54,505 bases of DNA. It comes from a virus. The notes below the pieces were generated by a model, which did not search any database, was not told the DNA's origin, and saw only the letters and a program-made list of their open reading frames with translations. Shown in pieces: positions 52,931-54,505 of the stretch. The position numbers and the translations under genes are program-made. Each line of letters opens with the position of its first letter. The first letter of the stretch is position 1. The DNA is taken from IMG/VR virus record IMGVR_UViG_3300006169_000038, positions 1 through 54,505 of that record; one strand, 5' to 3'.

Positions 52931-54010
52931 ATGCACCAGGATTCTACCCCAATAACAAAGCAAGATGTTGTGGTGGTCAAGGGCGCTGTAGATGATGCTA
53001 TTGCAGCAAGGCCCATCTGGCACTTACGGGCACTCATGCGTGATTACCCCGATTTGGGTAGTCAGGTAGATCGCTTGCGATCCATGCGAGGGAAACAGGT
53101 TCCCGACTGGCCGTCGTGGTGCCTGATGCCGATGGGTCTATGGATGCACATTGCAGACCCCGGAGGAACATTCAACCCTGTAGCTTTGATGAACGCCCCA
53201 CGTTTGTCTGGCTATGGAACATGGCGGTACACACAGGGCGTATATCGCATCGATCCATCTCTTCTTGACGCGCTGACTGATACTCCACTCACCGGAGATT
53301 TGCCATCGGATTCCTTGCTCAGACTGCCGCAGTGGTCCGTCTATGTTGTTACCCCAGGTATGAAACATGGAGCCGCACCATTGCACGGTTTTCTGGCATT
53401 CTTGGACTGGAATCCAGAAACCAAGTCTGCCGACCTCTGTATCATCCCGGATATTGATGTTCCTGACTTTGACCATTTACAAATGGCGACGCCGATCCCT
53501 ATTGGGAAGTGGTCACTCCCAGACGCCTTTGCGCGAATGGCGAGTCGTGGCGCACGCGCCCTCGAAAGCGATCCCGATTTAGCGCAAAAAGCGGGCATCG
53601 GGCAACAGGCGATTGACTGGCTGGGTCTCCCAAATCCTGAGAGATACAATCAGATGGCGGAACTGTTCTCGCCACTGGTGTCCATCCTTCTGTACCTTTG
53701 CAGTGAGGAACCGGAGATTGACCCTGACCGTGAGCCCGGCACGTCGCCACACAATCCCTTTCCCAAACGCGTTAAGCGAGGGTGGCGATTGTTCCCACCA
53801 CAGCATGCTCGTGTGTGGCATGTGGGGCGCGGGGTCGGTGAGCAATTGCGTGTCGATCGGCTTTCATGGCAAGGAACAGGTAGAACCGTTCGACCACACA
53901 TCCGGCGAGGCCATTGGCATGGGTATTGGTTTGGTCCAAGAACGGGTAAGCGTCGGTTCGTGTACCGATGGCTTCCGCCTATGCTGGTTGCATCCCCTCC
54001 GGAAGAATGA
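52931..54010 (+). CDS. Hypothetical 359-aa protein in a lower-GC insertion with its own flanking signals
   Basis: GGAGGA Shine-Dalgarno sequence. Visibly AT-richer than its neighbours. Basic C-terminus RPHIRRGHWHGYWFGPRTGKRRFVYRWLPP. Confidence 0.7.
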   Translation: MHQDSTPITKQDVVVVKGAVDDAIAARPIWHLRALMRDYPDLGSQVDRLRSMRGKQVPDWPSWCLMPMGLWMHIADPGGTFNPVALMNAPRLSGYGTWRYTQGVYRIDPSLLDALTDTPLTGDLPSDSLLRLPQWSVYVVTPGMKHGAAPLHGFLAFLDWNPETKSADLCIIPDIDVPDFDHLQMATPIPIGKWSLPDAFARMASRGARALESDPDLAQKAGIGQQAIDWLGLPNPERYNQMAELFSPLVSILLYLCSEEPEIDPDREPGTSPHNPFPKRVKRGWRLFPPQHARVWHVGRGVGEQLRVDRLSWQGTGRTVRPHIRRGHWHGYWFGPRTGKRRFVYRWLPPMLVASPPEE

Positions 54011-54041
54011 GGTAACGTCCTAACCTCCTGACACCCGTTTC

Positions 54042-54076
54042 CTGTACGTTCACCCTGTGCTATGATTTGACGTAAC
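54042..54076 (+). promoter_or_regulatory. Composite regulatory element upstream of the scaffold gene; same architecture as 20706-20743
   Basis: CTGTACGTTCAC, then CCTGTGC, then TATGAT (extended -10, TGcTATGAT), then T, then TTGACGTAAC. Confidence 0.5.
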
Positions 54077-54146
54077 CGAAGACGGCCATCCCGGCAGCAA
54101 TGCCGGCACCGCCCCTGTAGTCGCAGGCACCAGCGTTCATGCGCTC

Positions 54147-54171
54147 GCCCCTGTCGATGGCAGGGGCTTTT
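54147..54171 (+). terminator. Rho-independent terminator-like hairpin
   Basis: gcccctg-tcgatgg-caggggc-tttt. Confidence 0.55.
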
Positions 54172-54278
54172 CGCGTTTCGTCGGCCACCGCCAGCCGCAA
54201 TGGCGGGACTACCAGCGCACCGGCCGCTTCGCCGGGGTTCCCGTACCGATCCGGGTCATGGTCGGGGGAGATTGCCCG

Positions 54279-54505
54279 ATGCTCACGCGCTCACGTTTGC
54301 CGCTCGCGTTGTCCCTGCCGTTGCTCCAGGCCGACCCACCTCCAGGTGGGGGAGGGAATCCGCCGGCTACACCGCCCGCCGATCCCCCGAAGCCGGACGA
54401 GGTGACGTTCGACGAGAAGCAGCAAGTCAAGGTCAACGCCTTGCTTGCCGCCGAACGGAAGAAGGCAGAGGACGCCACGGCGCTCCGGCTCAAGCAGGAG
54501 GCGGA
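54279..54505 (+). CDS. Scaffolding-like protein, N-terminal part; continues at base 2 of the window
   Basis: GGGGGAG lies 8 nt before ATG 54279. The frame runs off the window end and is in phase with 2..478. Confidence 0.6.
   Translation, partial: MLTRSRLPLALSLPLLQADPPPGGGGNPPATPPADPPKPDEVTFDEKQQVKVNALLAAERKKAEDATALRLKQEA
54419..54505. repeat. Terminal overlap identical to 1..87
   Basis: Exact 87-nt identity read by eye. Confidence 0.95.

Noticed and set aside
54077-54146. Possible tRNA or small structured RNA between the 359-aa gene and the scaffold gene
   Set aside because: Only short hairpins are present (for example ccggca-gcaa-tgccgg). I could not build a cloverleaf with conserved T-loop or D-loop features by eye, so I treat it as a leader or terminator region.

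Overview
The window is a complete, circularly permuted genome of a temperate, siphovirus-like dsDNA phage from a high-GC host. Bases 1-87 are identical to 54419-54505, so the unit length is about 54,418 bp. No rRNA, tRNA, CRISPR array or reverse transcriptase was seen.

Gene order on the + strand (it wraps the junction):
- Head genes: small and large terminase, portal, Mu-F-like head morphogenesis protein, scaffold (spans the junction), DUF2190-like decoration protein, major capsid.
- Head-tail joining genes, major tail protein, tail assembly chaperone pair.
- A reverse-strand gene with a Tat signal sits just before the 1412-aa tape measure gene.
- Tail hub and fibre genes, including two beta-helix proteins.
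- Four small membrane or coiled-coil proteins and a two-domain endolysin.

The remainder:
- 22.2-24.0 kb is a lower-GC island with two free-standing HNH genes on the - strand.
- A leftward early operon starts from a back-to-back promoter pair at about 26.06-26.11 kb.
- The - strand carries a repressor, an 81-aa ORF and a serine integrase as one operon.
- A long rightward early operon from 29.3 kb encodes a ribbon-helix-helix regulator, a Rad52-like annealing protein, HNH nucleases, a replication initiator with internal iterons, DnaB, DNA-modification genes, RusA and a ParB-fused methyltransferase.

Most unusual observations:
1. The C5 methyltransferase gene has coding signal that alternates between two reading frames.
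2. A duplicated small membrane-protein gene is translationally coupled to two different modification-type enzymes.
3. A 13-nt motif recurs exactly at promoter regions.
4. The tail chaperone pair needs a +1 rather than the usual -1 frameshift.
5. There are several lower-GC insertions (morons), including a 359-aa ORF inside the head module.

All functional calls rest on motifs I recognised by eye. No database search was run.
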